Positions 21,861 to 32,446 of a stretch of 64,000 bases of DNA are shown here, piece by piece (the stretch's first letter is position 1; each line of letters opens with the position of its first letter). The notes below the pieces were generated by a model. The model searched no databases, had not been told where the DNA came from, and saw only the letters and a program-made list of their open reading frames with translations. The stretch covers positions 576,001 to 640,000 of the forward strand of contig OZ223481.1 of assembly GCA_965140785.1 (NCBI GenBank), read 5' to 3'. The DNA comes from an uncultured Ruficoccus sp. GTDB lineage: Bacteria > Verrucomicrobiota > Verrucomicrobiia > Opitutales > Cerasicoccaceae. The position numbers were made by a program, and so were the translations under genes.

Positions 21861-21965
21861 ACTAACGAGTAGTAATGCTCAACTCGAAGCTTGTATGTCA
21901 GCGCGTAATTAAGACTCTGTCAAAAAGCAGACGGCATCCTGGCCCATAGCGGTGCAACGCATCTG

Positions 21966-22760
21966 GTGGGAGAAATCTGCCGCGTTATTATGAGGACCTT
22001 GAGAATGCTTGAAATGGGCTTCGACGCGTTTGGCAATGTTCTCAGGTCACGTTTCTTTCTCATAGCGATGATGAGCTGGGCGTTTTTGGGAAACTGGGTG
22101 CAGGCGCAAAACATGGGGATGGTATTCAGCCCCGTCGTGAATGAAGGAGAGAATACGGTCGATTACCGCTTTGGATACCAGCCAGACGGCAACGCATCCG
22201 CCCAGCGTGTGCAATATAAGTATGGCATCACTGACCGCTTACGACTGGGGGGGATTGTCCAATTTAACCAGAACGACCTTGAGTCATTTGCTTTCCAGTT
22301 TGTTCGATTTGAGGCCATGTGTCAGATGCTTGACGAGGAATCCCTGGGCATCGCCAGTGCTATTCGCGTTATACTCGAAGTCCCAGGCCGTGAGGATGCC
22401 CCCTATCGGACTGGCGCGGCCTGGTCCGGCCAATGGGATTTGGATGAAGACTGGCAAGCGCGGGGGAATGTGATGGTGAATTTTGATTTTGGCGAATATC
22501 GGACCCCAGGGGTATTAATTGGCGGACGCGCACAAATAAGCCGTCGAATCACCCGTCGCGTTTCTGTGGCCTTCGATTATTTCGGAGGAAACAACGATTT
22601 CGCCTCGCTGGGCAATTTTGACGAGAATCTCCATCAGGTGGGTCCGATGCTTGTGATCAAGCCTGCTGAGAGGTGGAAGCTAAGCGCAGGGGTGCTGTTT
22701 GGCGTTTCTAATGCCAGCCCGGCCGCGAGTTACCGACTCGATCTTCAATTTAGGTTTTAA
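21966..22760 (+). CDS. Putative outer-membrane beta-barrel protein (start uncertain)
   Basis: Alternating amphipathic strands; C-terminal YRLDLQFRF. Confidence 0.55.
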   Translation: MGEICRVIMRTLRMLEMGFDAFGNVLRSRFFLIAMMSWAFLGNWVQAQNMGMVFSPVVNEGENTVDYRFGYQPDGNASAQRVQYKYGITDRLRLGGIVQFNQNDLESFAFQFVRFEAMCQMLDEESLGIASAIRVILEVPGREDAPYRTGAAWSGQWDLDEDWQARGNVMVNFDFGEYRTPGVLIGGRAQISRRITRRVSVAFDYFGGNNDFASLGNFDENLHQVGPMLVIKPAERWKLSAGVLFGVSNASPAASYRLDLQFRF

Positions 22761-22859
22761 CCCTTACCGTTAAAACCCCTCGAAGTAACAGGTTTCTCGA
22801 GCGTCGGAGGGTCTCTTTTTGCGCCGCCGGGAGGATACTGGCAGACTTTTCATTGTGGG

Positions 22860-22965
22860 GTGCGTCCCTGGGATTTACGCGGAGACATTTGCTCCAAACG
22901 TCGAAACCAGGCGGAAACCCTCGACAGATCCGTGAACCCGAGCTCCTTCTCAACGGCATCAGGAG
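22860..22965 (-). pseudogene. AraC HTH C-terminal fragment
   Basis: ELGFTDLSRVSAWFRRLEQMSP resembles the AraC second HTH. Confidence 0.45.
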
Positions 22966-23310
22966 ACAGCTTCCAGTAAGCTATTACGTCCTGTGGGTTT
23001 TCCACCACATCCCGGTAGTGAAGCATGATCATCGAATCACTGGCACCGTTGCGGTGGCGACTTTGCCGATGTCTTCGCCGCGTTCGATCTGATAGCTGAT
23101 ACTCGTGTGCCGAAGAATGCCGGTGGTTTTCAGGTCGGCCCGCTCGCATGTGCGCCTTCGGTCGAAAATGTTTCTTTGTTAAGCCAAAAGGGGAGTGAAT
23201 CAGCACATCATTTTGGCGTATTGAGGTATCGGTCTTTCTTGAGTGGGGAAGCTGGGATATCGGAGAATCGTAATTCGATTCACATGCTTAACCTCAATCA
23301 CACTCCTGCC

Positions 23311-24081
23311 ATGAGAAAGATATTACAGATACTGCCCCTCGCTCTTCTAACTCCGTTTTTTGCTTTCGGAAGTGCGGCCGTTTACGAGCCGTTTGCTTAC
23401 GCGGATGGTCTTCTGGGTGGTGATGATGGTGGAACCGGCTTCTCGGGAGGCTGGACAGCCGTCAACAGATATTATGTGGAAAATGAGACACTGACCACCT
23501 CCCTGGCGCAAACCGGCTCAGCTAGCCGCGGGTTAGCTTCCGGCCTGGCGGACGACTTCTACTTCTCGATCGACTACTCGTACAGCGGGACGCTGGGTGT
23601 TACGGTCAATGACGTGTTCTATTTCAGTGATGGAAGCACCAATGTGCTGGGCGTCGGCTGGTACCGTTTCGGCGACTCAGACACCTACCGTGTCAGTCTC
23701 ATGAACGGAGGAAGCACGACCTACATCGATAATGCTTTTGCCTATGTGGCCGGACATCAGGTTGTCGGAAATGTTAAGTTCAACGGCGACGATACCGTCA
23801 CGCTGACCGTGTGGGTGGATCCGACAGGAGTAGAAACTGCGCCCTATTCAGAGTCTATCACCTTGAGCTATGCGGGTAGCGGGCTGGATACCGTGAAGCT
23901 GGTGCGTTATTCATCCGGATCCGGCGAGACGACCATCCAGCAAAATATGGACAGCTTTGCCATTGGGGAGACGTGGAATGACGTGACTCAGATTCCCGAG
24001 CAAAGCACCTCGGTGATGCTTGGTCTCCTTGCGTTTTGCATGGCTCTTGTTGTTTGGAAGCGAGGTGCGGGGAGGAAGTGA
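23311..24081 (+). CDS. PEP-CTERM-like surface protein
   Basis: Signal peptide, YEPFAY N-terminus, IPEQST + TM + KR tail (variant sorting motif). Confidence 0.8.
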   Translation: MRKILQILPLALLTPFFAFGSAAVYEPFAYADGLLGGDDGGTGFSGGWTAVNRYYVENETLTTSLAQTGSASRGLASGLADDFYFSIDYSYSGTLGVTVNDVFYFSDGSTNVLGVGWYRFGDSDTYRVSLMNGGSTTYIDNAFAYVAGHQVVGNVKFNGDDTVTLTVWVDPTGVETAPYSESITLSYAGSGLDTVKLVRYSSGSGETTIQQNMDSFAIGETWNDVTQIPEQSTSVMLGLLAFCMALVVWKRGAGRK

Positions 24082-24131
24082 TTTCGCCGCTGTTTTTCCG
24101 GCGCGCATTTCATTCTTGTTGAACCTTTGCG

Positions 24132-25517
24132 ATGAACACTCTTCTCGATCATTCAGAACACCTGGGCGCGTCTGCTGAAAAGCATCGTAGTTGCTCGTAT
24201 GATGGTGTTCTCAGCGCCTCCGTCATTTATAACATCTGGCTGCGTTCGTTCACTGCGGAAGGAACAATCCGAGCCGCGAGCGAACGCCTGCCCGACGTGG
24301 CCGATTTGGGTGTGAGCTGGCTGCTGGTATCTCCATTCCTGAAGCTGTCACCGGACTCCACGTCGTGCCCGGGGAGTGCCGCCGTGCAGTCTACTCAGAG
24401 CCATACGGTCGCCAATCCCTATGGCATAGCCGATTACGAGGCGGTGGACCCGGAGTTTGGGACATGGGATGACTGGCGGAAGTTCGTCGATACCGCACAC
24501 CGGCTCGGGATGAAGGTGATGATGGAAGTTGCTTTCGCCCACAGTGGCCCCCGTTGTGGGCTATTAGAATATCCGGGCTTCTATCGGCTCGACGATCGGG
24601 GAAAACCGCTGCTCGGAGAATGCGGATTCCCGCTGTTTGACTTCAGGAGCGATGAGCTCAGAGCTTACTTGATCGCGCGGCTGTGCCAGTGGGGCAGCAA
24701 TGACCACGTTGATGGCTTTTCCTGTGTGCGCTCCTCTGAGGTCCCGATTGACTTCTGGAAGAAGGCTCGAGCGGCTCTCAGGGAGAGGAATCCACAAGTT
24801 GTAATGCTTGGGGACGGTACGCCTGAGGAAATGACTGGGGTGTTCGATCTCGGATACGATAAGCGGTATTATTCGTCGATTTTGTCGGCGGTGGCGGACG
24901 GGCAGCCAGCGACGGTCGTTCGCCGCGCCTGGGAGGATGCTCAAGCCCGTATTCCTGAGGGGAGTCTTCTGGTCCGTTCCAATGAGGATGTCGGCACCGA
25001 GCGGGCCGACCTGGCCCTGGGGGAGGGGGGAGCCGAGGCCACGGGTGTATTTGCCTGCTTGTTGGATGGCGTCCCGCTTTTTATGAACGGGCAGGAGATC
25101 GGCGATGCGACCCCGATCAACTTCACGTCAGCGCAGACTATCCGCTGGGATTCGGGTTCCTTTGTTGCGTCCAACTTCCGCGCCCGCCCTCGGCGGAAGT
25201 TGTTCCGCCAACTGTTCGAACTGCGCAAGGAAAAAGCCTGCCTGAATCGCGGCGAGTTCGTGTGGCTGGATAACGATCAGCAGGAAAGTGTGCTCTCTTT
25301 TGTTCGTCAGCACGATGGTCAGAAGATGCTGGTGGTGATCAATCTCTCTAACCGTTCCCTTCAGGTGTCGCTCGATACCAGCCTGAAGCCTTTTAATCGG
25401 ATTTTCGACGTGATCCGTAGATGCCCCCTGTCGTCCGTACTGGGGTACGGACGTCCTACATTCATGCTTGAAGCCTACACGTATATCGTCGGCGAACCCA
25501 TGAGCCAGAGAGCGTGA
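24132..25517 (+). CDS. GH13 alpha-amylase-family protein, catalytically degenerate
   Basis: NPYGIADY..VDPEFGT and AHRLGMKVMME motifs, but DGFSCV replaces DGFRxD. Confidence 0.8.
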   Translation: MNTLLDHSEHLGASAEKHRSCSYDGVLSASVIYNIWLRSFTAEGTIRAASERLPDVADLGVSWLLVSPFLKLSPDSTSCPGSAAVQSTQSHTVANPYGIADYEAVDPEFGTWDDWRKFVDTAHRLGMKVMMEVAFAHSGPRCGLLEYPGFYRLDDRGKPLLGECGFPLFDFRSDELRAYLIARLCQWGSNDHVDGFSCVRSSEVPIDFWKKARAALRERNPQVVMLGDGTPEEMTGVFDLGYDKRYYSSILSAVADGQPATVVRRAWEDAQARIPEGSLLVRSNEDVGTERADLALGEGGAEATGVFACLLDGVPLFMNGQEIGDATPINFTSAQTIRWDSGSFVASNFRARPRRKLFRQLFELRKEKACLNRGEFVWLDNDQQESVLSFVRQHDGQKMLVVINLSNRSLQVSLDTSLKPFNRIFDVIRRCPLSSVLGYGRPTFMLEAYTYIVGEPMSQRA

Positions 25518-26905
25518 ATATGAGAAAAGACATACCTACCGTTGCTCCTGATGAATCGCTTGGCGAGGCTCCGTGCTGTGAGACGCCCTTGCGCCTGCGC
25601 CCCTCCCGGCCCGCGGCGGACCATGTCCCGGAGATGATGATCTATCAGATATGGCTCCGATCGTTTACCTCCGAAGGTACGCTGCGGGCAGCCAAAGAGC
25701 GCTTGGGGTACGTGGCTAAGCTGGGAGCCAACACGGTTTACCTCTCGCCGATCTCGAAGCACTCCGAGGATGCCCGCCCGCAATATTTAAGCCCCCGCAC
25801 AAGCCAGTCGTCAGCCGGGCACGTGAAAAACCCTTACCGCATCTGTGATTACGACACCGTGGAGCCCGAATACGGAACCGAGGAGGACCTGCGGGCGTTC
25901 ATCGCCGAAGCGCATCACCTTGGGTTACGGGTGCTCATGGATTTAGTGTATTTTCATTCCAGTGCGGATAGTGTGCTATTGAAGGACCCGGAATTCCATG
26001 TACGCGATGAAAACGGAGAGCCGGTTTTGGGCGACTGGAATTTCCCGGTCCTGAATTTTGAGTCTGCGAACCTGCGTCGGTGTATGATCGGCAATATGCT
26101 GCACTGGGTGCGTGATTGCGGGGCGGATGGTTTCCGCTGTGATGTTTCCTATGGGGTGCCGTCGAGTTTCTGGGAGGAGGCTCGCGATGCGCTGGAGGCC
26201 GTGAAGCCGGATATCGTGATGCTGGCCGAGTCGGAAGTGCCGCAGGAGCAGCTCAAGGCCTTCGACCTGAGCTACAATTTTTCCTATTATCTGGTGCTGT
26301 ACGATGTGATGCGCAAGGGCCATCCGGCCACGCGCCTGCGCGAGCAGTGGGAAATCAAGAGGTCAAAGTTCCCGACGGGTGCCCGCCATGCCTACTTCTG
26401 CGACAACCACGACAAGGACCGGGTTGACGTGGTGTTCGGGTATCGCGGAGCCGAAGCCGTCGCCGCCCTGATGTTCGCGCTCGACGGGATCCCTTTTGTC
26501 TATAATGGGCAGGAGATCGCAGACGCTACGCCTGACGACGTGATGTCGCGCGAGACGATTCGCTGGGATCTGGCTGACGAGCCGGCACGGCGGGAACGAA
26601 CGGCGTTTTTCCGCGACTTGTTCGCTGTGCGCAGAAGGGAACGTGTGCTGACTCGCGGCGTGTTGAAGTGGGTGGCAAACTCCGCCCCCGATGCTGTCCT
26701 GACGTTTACCCGCGAGGATGGTGGCCGGAAACTGCTGGTGGCGGTCAATCTCTCCAATCGCAACGAGATTGTGGACCTGGATTGTCGGCTGAGCGAAGAG
26801 ACGCCCCTGCTGGAGAGGCGTTGGTCGCGGATGAGTGGCCCCGGAGGTTCCGGTGAGCGCCTGTGCCTGCGGGCTTACGGCTTTCTGATGGCAGCCATCG
26901 ACTGA
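25514..26905 (+). CDS. GH13 alpha-amylase-family glycosidase
   Basis: Catalytic triad intact: DGFRCD, LAESE, DNHD; YNGQEI. Confidence 0.9.
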   Translation: MNMRKDIPTVAPDESLGEAPCCETPLRLRPSRPAADHVPEMMIYQIWLRSFTSEGTLRAAKERLGYVAKLGANTVYLSPISKHSEDARPQYLSPRTSQSSAGHVKNPYRICDYDTVEPEYGTEEDLRAFIAEAHHLGLRVLMDLVYFHSSADSVLLKDPEFHVRDENGEPVLGDWNFPVLNFESANLRRCMIGNMLHWVRDCGADGFRCDVSYGVPSSFWEEARDALEAVKPDIVMLAESEVPQEQLKAFDLSYNFSYYLVLYDVMRKGHPATRLREQWEIKRSKFPTGARHAYFCDNHDKDRVDVVFGYRGAEAVAALMFALDGIPFVYNGQEIADATPDDVMSRETIRWDLADEPARRERTAFFRDLFAVRRRERVLTRGVLKWVANSAPDAVLTFTREDGGRKLLVAVNLSNRNEIVDLDCRLSEETPLLERRWSRMSGPGGSGERLCLRAYGFLMAAID

Positions 26906-27024
26906 TGCCTTTATTTCTGAAGAGAGGAGTCCCTTGCCGCATGGGGATGAGAGCAGCCTGGCAAGGGCTTTGGGCTTGTGATTGTCACGGGGACGGCATA
27001 GATATCTGACGGTTATCCCGTGTT

Positions 27025-28173
27025 GTGGCAATGACAGCTACCCCCCTCATCTGGCATGGTAAGTATGTCCTGGTTTTGGTAAGATGGATATCCCCAAGCC
27101 TGGAATACGGTATTCGCTCCTATGCGCGCGAAACGGACTGGATGCTGTTGTTTCCACGTTTGCAGTTCAGCGTCGGCGATGGGATCAAACACGTGGATGG
27201 CCTCATCATGCTGCTTTACGAAGATGAGGTGGTTTCCACGCGAAAGCTTTTTCCCAATGCGAAAATTGTGGATGTCCGCGGCACGCGCGGGTTGTCCTCG
27301 GATGCGGTGGTGCACCCGAATAACGCGCGTATCGGTGTCATGGCCGCCGATTACTTCTACGCCAAGGGATTTCGCTCGTTCATGGGCGTCTCGCCGCGGA
27401 AAGAGTCGATTATGGATGCCCGGTTGCGGAGTTTTTCCCGCCGGGTGAGAGAGCTGGGCTGCGATGTCGCCATCGAGAGTGGGGAAGGATGGTTCTACGA
27501 CCCCAAGCGGGTGGTTGAGCACTTTGAGCGATACCTGCGTAAGCGGGTGCAACCGCTGGCCATCTTTACGCCGGGAGACTTTATGGCCACTGTGGTCGTG
27601 CAGGCGGTGCAGATACTCGGCTACCGTATCCCGGAGCAGATATCCGTGCTGGGGGTAAACAATGATCGTATTTTCTGTGAAACCTCTAAGGTGCCCATCT
27701 CCAGTATCGATGAGGACCTCACGCTGGTGGGCTATGAGGCGGCGCGGACACTGGATGCCCTGATGGCGGGTAAGTCCGTGAAAAAGCGCACCCTCATCTC
27801 GCCGCTCAAGGTGCATGAACGACATTCGACCTCGCGGGAGCACTCGGCGGATTCGCTGGCCAATGCCATTCTGGTCTATATCCGCGATCATTTTTCGGAG
27901 AAAATTTCCATCGAGGAACTCTGTCGCCATGTGGGCGCTTCACGCTCTTTGGCCAACAGCCGTTTCCGCAAAATCATGGGCCGGACGATCGGGGATGAAA
28001 TTGAACGCGTCAGGATGGAGTATGGGCAGTCCCTGTTGCGCAAGACGGATTACAAGGTCGATGCAGTGGCCAGGCTCTGCGGTTACGAGAATACCTCGGC
28101 CTTTTGCCGCCGCTTTCGTCGCAATATAGGACTGACACCGGGAGCTTTCCGCGAGAAGGAACAGGTCAAATGA
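27025..28173 (+). CDS. XylR-type regulator (sugar-binding domain + AraC HTH)
   Basis: IPEQISVLGVNND, ISSIDED; C-terminal AraC CGYENTSAFCRRF. Confidence 0.88.
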   Translation: MAMTATPLIWHGKYVLVLVRWISPSLEYGIRSYARETDWMLLFPRLQFSVGDGIKHVDGLIMLLYEDEVVSTRKLFPNAKIVDVRGTRGLSSDAVVHPNNARIGVMAADYFYAKGFRSFMGVSPRKESIMDARLRSFSRRVRELGCDVAIESGEGWFYDPKRVVEHFERYLRKRVQPLAIFTPGDFMATVVVQAVQILGYRIPEQISVLGVNNDRIFCETSKVPISSIDEDLTLVGYEAARTLDALMAGKSVKKRTLISPLKVHERHSTSREHSADSLANAILVYIRDHFSEKISIEELCRHVGASRSLANSRFRKIMGRTIGDEIERVRMEYGQSLLRKTDYKVDAVARLCGYENTSAFCRRFRRNIGLTPGAFREKEQVK

Positions 28174-28276
28174 GTCTGCCGCGTTCTGTCGTCTGGCGCA
28201 TCTGCATATATTTCTGGCACACCGGAGGATGGCTGTTTGTTGACGGTAGTCCTTGAGAACTCAAGTCTTGCGCTTA

Positions 28277-31200
28277 ATGCCCCCCGTGTCTCCTTTCCTT
28301 GCGACTCCAACGCTGGCGTTCACCCTTTCCTTTGCCACAGTTATGCTTCTTGGAACGTCACATGGTCAGCTGGCGCCAGACGACCCCCTGAGCCGTACTG
28401 ATCCCTACACCCTTTATTTGAACGGCGACGAGCCCCCGCTTCCCGGTTACTTCTCGCTTGCCTTCGTGGGAGGGCTTCCGGCCAGGACGATTCCCCTGGG
28501 CTATAATCTGTCCAGCATCCATTCCTCATTTGCCCAGGATTTTGCGGACGGTGCCGCCTTTCCTCCGGCTCCGTTTCAGCCGGAAGACCACCTGCGCTAC
28601 ATGAGCAAGGAGCTGGGAGGGATCAATCTCGGGATACGCATGATCTCGGCCGCAAAGAAAGGAGCCCTGCCTCTGAAAACCAAAAAGTACGGAGACATGT
28701 ATCCGTCTCTGGATACGTCGGGGGAGCCCTATACGCATGTGTTGAAAATCATCAATGTTTTCGATCCGGCCACGCGGCGCTACCTGCTCGATTATGCCCG
28801 CGCTCATGTGCGCGAATGGGGGGTGGAGGATCCGTCGGGTAAGACGATTATCTACTGGTCGATGGACAATGAGTGGGAGGGCGCTCCCAATTATTCCCCT
28901 GCCGCCCGTGCGGCCTTCGCCGATTGGCTGGAGGAGGCATACGGGGGCGATGTGGCGGTACTGAACGATTGCTGGGGTGAAAATTACGCCAGTTTTGAAG
29001 CCGCCGCGAACGGAGACCTTCCAGCACCGGATGAGTACCGGACGCGCCCGGCTGTATTCCTGGATTGGTACACCTTTCAGAGTGATGCCTTTACCGGGTT
29101 CCTCAGTGAGATCGCCGCAGCGATGTATGAGGAGGACCCGCAGCGGCGCCCCGTCATCCACAAGTCCACGCAACAAACGATAGAAATGCCGACGGCTAAC
29201 CGGCGCTTCACGTTCGATCCAGCGCTCTTCGCCGAGCAGATGCGCACGGTCGGCGGGGGCTATTTCGGCATCGATATTTACGGGGCCGGTGATCGTGAGG
29301 CGTATGAGACGAACTACGCTTACCAGTGCATCCGCCCGGACGGGCAAAGTTCCGGCTATGGGGTTGTCCTGTGCGAGACCAATAACCACGGCGGTCCCGG
29401 CCATCAGTACGCGGCGACCTTCTGGCGCCTGCTGGCCAATGGCGTAAAAGGGCTGCACAACTTTACGACCGGCTTTGCCGGAGCCGAAGGCGACTTCTCC
29501 AAGTTCGGGTTTCTGGACGCTCAGACGGGGATGCCGAGAGACAAGTTCTTTTACGCCGCCCGCCTGGCCCACGAGATCCACCGCTCCGAGGGATTCTGGA
29601 CACAAAGCGTTCCTGCGGCATCCAACAAACGGGTCGCCATGCTGATGCCGCGCCGGGACGTCTTGCTGGCTGACTCGTCCCAGAGAAACAAGCACGTCAG
29701 TATCTGGGCCTACGCGGAGAATCACCGTTGGCTCCTGTTTCGCCGGCTGCGGGAGCAGGGCTATTGGGTGGACATCATTCCCTACACCAAACTGAATCCA
29801 GACTACCTGAGGGGCTACGAGGCTTTGTTCCTGATTGGGGCTGAACACCTGAGTCAGTCTGAGCAGGATGTGATCGAGGAGTACGTCGCAGATGGCGGCA
29901 CGCTCGTCGCGGACGAGCGACCGGGCTACTACGACGAGCACCATCGTGTGCTGAACGACCTCGAAATCGTCCTGGGCATGTCGCTGGGTGAGACGGAAAA
30001 TGTTTCACCAGTGCGCTTCGAGACGGGAGGCATCGAGATTTCCGGCAAGCGGTCGTTTTCCTCCCGGCCGGTTGGGGCCGAGCCGGTGGCTGAGAACGCC
30101 GCCGGTGCGCCACTGGCTTACCTGCATCGCTACGGGGAGGGGACCGTCCTGTATTTCCCCTGTATGCTTGGCACGCTGGAGGGCGATTTTTCCAGTGCGG
30201 GCGGAAAGAGCTTTGTGGTTGAGGACGGTCCGACCGCTGACGGCGAGGAGTACCGCGCGCGAACGGGAGAGTTTGCTCTCGGCGATTGGTTGGGAGAAAT
30301 GCTCGCTCGGGCAGGGCTGACCCCGGCCGTGCAGGTGGCGGGCAATCACCCGGAGACACGCGGCCTGTTGCGGCTGGAGCAGCCGGTCATCGATGAGCAG
30401 GGAAACGTCGCGGTGGTCATCAGCAGCCGGGCCGCTTCCGAGCACGAGGTCATCGCTCCGTGTACGGTTCGGCTCGCACTGCCGGGTGGTCCCTGGTCGG
30501 CGGGGCTGTGGTCGCCCGCCGAGCACGACGGACTGGAGACGGTTTCCCTGACCGCTCTGGAAGACGGGCGGTATGAAATTGCTCTGCCGGAGATTCAAAC
30601 GGCGGGGGTGCTCTATCTTTTCAACCACCACAGCCCCCTGCTGGGGATCGCGCCTGTCGAGACCGCGAGCCGCTCGGTGGATGGTCATGGCCCCATCGTT
30701 CGTCCCGGTGAGACCTTTGAGGTCTGCGTTCAGCTTTTCAATACCACGGGAGACGAGATGCCGGAGGGGGCTTTGCGTCTGGTCGCTCCGATGGAGTGGC
30801 ATGTCGAACGCTCCGAGGTTCCGACCGAGGCGCTCCCGGCGGGAGCGAGTACAACCGTGTCATTCGTCGTGACGCCTCCGGGGGAGGACGCGGCGTTGCA
30901 GCCCGGATTCTTATATCCTCTCGTGGCACGGTGGAGCGATGGTGCTGAAGACCGCGCTGTGATTTCCACCAATGTCGAGGCGGCCCCGGACCCGTCAGCA
31001 GTTCCCCGTCTGCTCACGGATAACGCCACCTACCCGGATACCTATCCCTACCGGACCCAGACTGGCGCGACTTACCAGACCCTCGTCCCGGAAAACCATC
31101 GGCTCTACCGCGATCCCGTCGCACCGGGTGAAGGCGACCAGCGTGGCGCCTTGCTCAATGGGCACGGCTGGTGGCTGGGGCGGATGGGCCTGCCCGTCAC

Positions 31201-31519
31201 GCGCACGGTCGAACGGAAAGCGTATGCCACCTACCAGGTACCCGAGACGGTGTTGCTTTTCGATCTGAAAGGAGTGAGGGAATTGGCCTCGGTCTATGTT
31301 GTTACGATGCCCGAACTGGGTACACCGGCCAGTATCTGCATCGAAACCAGTAAAGACGGGAAGGTCTTCGAGTGGCAGGAAACGGTTGATTTTTCCGAGC
31401 GCTGGCAAACAGCCAGGATTGAGCTGCCTGCCTGCCGTGCACAATACGTGAAAATGACCATTGTCTGGCCATCTGAAAAAGGAGGAGCACTCGATGAAGT
31501 CGAAATCTGGGGAAGATAA
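28277..31519 (+). CDS. Large glycoside hydrolase (GH42-like barrel, trimerisation domain, NEW3-like and F5/8-like modules)
   Basis: WSMDNEW acid/base motif, FADWLEEAYGGDVAVLNDCWG, YVADGGTLV; C-terminal ALDEVEIWG. Confidence 0.72.
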   Translation: MPPVSPFLATPTLAFTLSFATVMLLGTSHGQLAPDDPLSRTDPYTLYLNGDEPPLPGYFSLAFVGGLPARTIPLGYNLSSIHSSFAQDFADGAAFPPAPFQPEDHLRYMSKELGGINLGIRMISAAKKGALPLKTKKYGDMYPSLDTSGEPYTHVLKIINVFDPATRRYLLDYARAHVREWGVEDPSGKTIIYWSMDNEWEGAPNYSPAARAAFADWLEEAYGGDVAVLNDCWGENYASFEAAANGDLPAPDEYRTRPAVFLDWYTFQSDAFTGFLSEIAAAMYEEDPQRRPVIHKSTQQTIEMPTANRRFTFDPALFAEQMRTVGGGYFGIDIYGAGDREAYETNYAYQCIRPDGQSSGYGVVLCETNNHGGPGHQYAATFWRLLANGVKGLHNFTTGFAGAEGDFSKFGFLDAQTGMPRDKFFYAARLAHEIHRSEGFWTQSVPAASNKRVAMLMPRRDVLLADSSQRNKHVSIWAYAENHRWLLFRRLREQGYWVDIIPYTKLNPDYLRGYEALFLIGAEHLSQSEQDVIEEYVADGGTLVADERPGYYDEHHRVLNDLEIVLGMSLGETENVSPVRFETGGIEISGKRSFSSRPVGAEPVAENAAGAPLAYLHRYGEGTVLYFPCMLGTLEGDFSSAGGKSFVVEDGPTADGEEYRARTGEFALGDWLGEMLARAGLTPAVQVAGNHPETRGLLRLEQPVIDEQGNVAVVISSRAASEHEVIAPCTVRLALPGGPWSAGLWSPAEHDGLETVSLTALEDGRYEIALPEIQTAGVLYLFNHHSPLLGIAPVETASRSVDGHGPIVRPGETFEVCVQLFNTTGDEMPEGALRLVAPMEWHVERSEVPTEALPAGASTTVSFVVTPPGEDAALQPGFLYPLVARWSDGAEDRAVISTNVEAAPDPSAVPRLLTDNATYPDTYPYRTQTGATYQTLVPENHRLYRDPVAPGEGDQRGALLNGHGWWLGRMGLPVTRTVERKAYATYQVPETVLLFDLKGVRELASVYVVTMPELGTPASICIETSKDGKVFEWQETVDFSERWQTARIELPACRAQYVKMTIVWPSEKGGALDEVEIWGR

Positions 31520-32168
31520 ACAGCGGTTCGTCAAGATCGGGAGACCCCACGGATTCAGCCTGATCGAGCTGCTGGCGGTTATAGCCGTCATCGCTGTGCT
31601 GGCCGGAGTGATCATTGGCGTCCTCGGGAGGACGAAAAAAGCGGCGCAGTCCGTTCAGTGTGTTTCAAATCTCCGGCAGATCGGGATGGCTGTGAAATCC
31701 TTTATCGTGGACAACCACAACACGATGGTCCCGGCCACGGATAAGACAATTGCGGATTCGTGGACGGTGTGGCATACGTTTTTAAGGCCTTACATTCCTT
31801 TGCAATACACGGAAGAGGGGAAACTGGTGCGTTCTCTCTATTGCCCGGTGATCGATCACAGCCTGAGCGCTTCTTCCTACTATACGGGGTATACCTTTAA
31901 TGAGAGTTTCGACTTCCAGAAGATGGGTGGACAGTTTGACGACACCCGCTGCCCGATCACCTGGGATGACGAGCAGATTACTGGAAATTCCAGCTTTTTC
32001 GGAGGACGTCCGTCTGCGGGTGCCGGGGGAGGTTCCTGGTACAAGTTCGCTTTCAGGCACGACGGCGTTTGCCATGTGCTGATGCTCGACGGGCATGTCG
32101 AATCTATCGAGGAAATCGGAAACGGCAAAGCGGACAATTACCCCCAGTTTAACTGGGGGGCGGAATAA
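31494..32168 (+). CDS. Prepilin-type cleavage/methylation protein with H-X9-DG tail
   Basis: GFSLIELLAVIAVIAVLA, CVSNLRQIG, RHDGVCHVLMLDGHV. Confidence 0.9.
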   Translation: MKSKSGEDKQRFVKIGRPHGFSLIELLAVIAVIAVLAGVIIGVLGRTKKAAQSVQCVSNLRQIGMAVKSFIVDNHNTMVPATDKTIADSWTVWHTFLRPYIPLQYTEEGKLVRSLYCPVIDHSLSASSYYTGYTFNESFDFQKMGGQFDDTRCPITWDDEQITGNSSFFGGRPSAGAGGGSWYKFAFRHDGVCHVLMLDGHVESIEEIGNGKADNYPQFNWGAE

Positions 32169-32276
32169 TCACATAGGGATGTCAGCATTGGGACATGGAT
32201 CGCGTCCACGAAGACTGAACAGGCCCTAGTCTGGGCACATCGCAAGGATTCAGAAGGTGAAGACCAAGCAATGCTC

Positions 32277-32446
32277 GACCTAAAAAGTCACTAGGATTTT
32301 TGTCCAGTTGAGGCTATTCAGGGCAAATTCAGGGAATGCTTAAAAATCGAAAAATATCGATTAAATGCCTGATATGCAGAGGTTTACGCCTAAAATAGCA
32401 TGGTGCGAGCGGAGGGAATCGAACCCTCATCTCAGGCTTGGGAAGC
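32277..32446. repeat. Left att site: 46-bp tRNA-Gly 3' half (32401-32446) plus ~125-bp near-copy of the integrase-side arm
   Basis: 32401-32446 is identical to 59609-59654; 32277-32400 closely matches 59475-59608. Confidence 0.92.

Noticed and set aside
481..30802. Long antisense ORFs (e.g. 481-1506, 2867-4045, 5340-6524, 7087-8082, 27013-27930, 28526-29944)
   Set aside because: Shadow frames of high-GC genes with no recognisable motifs
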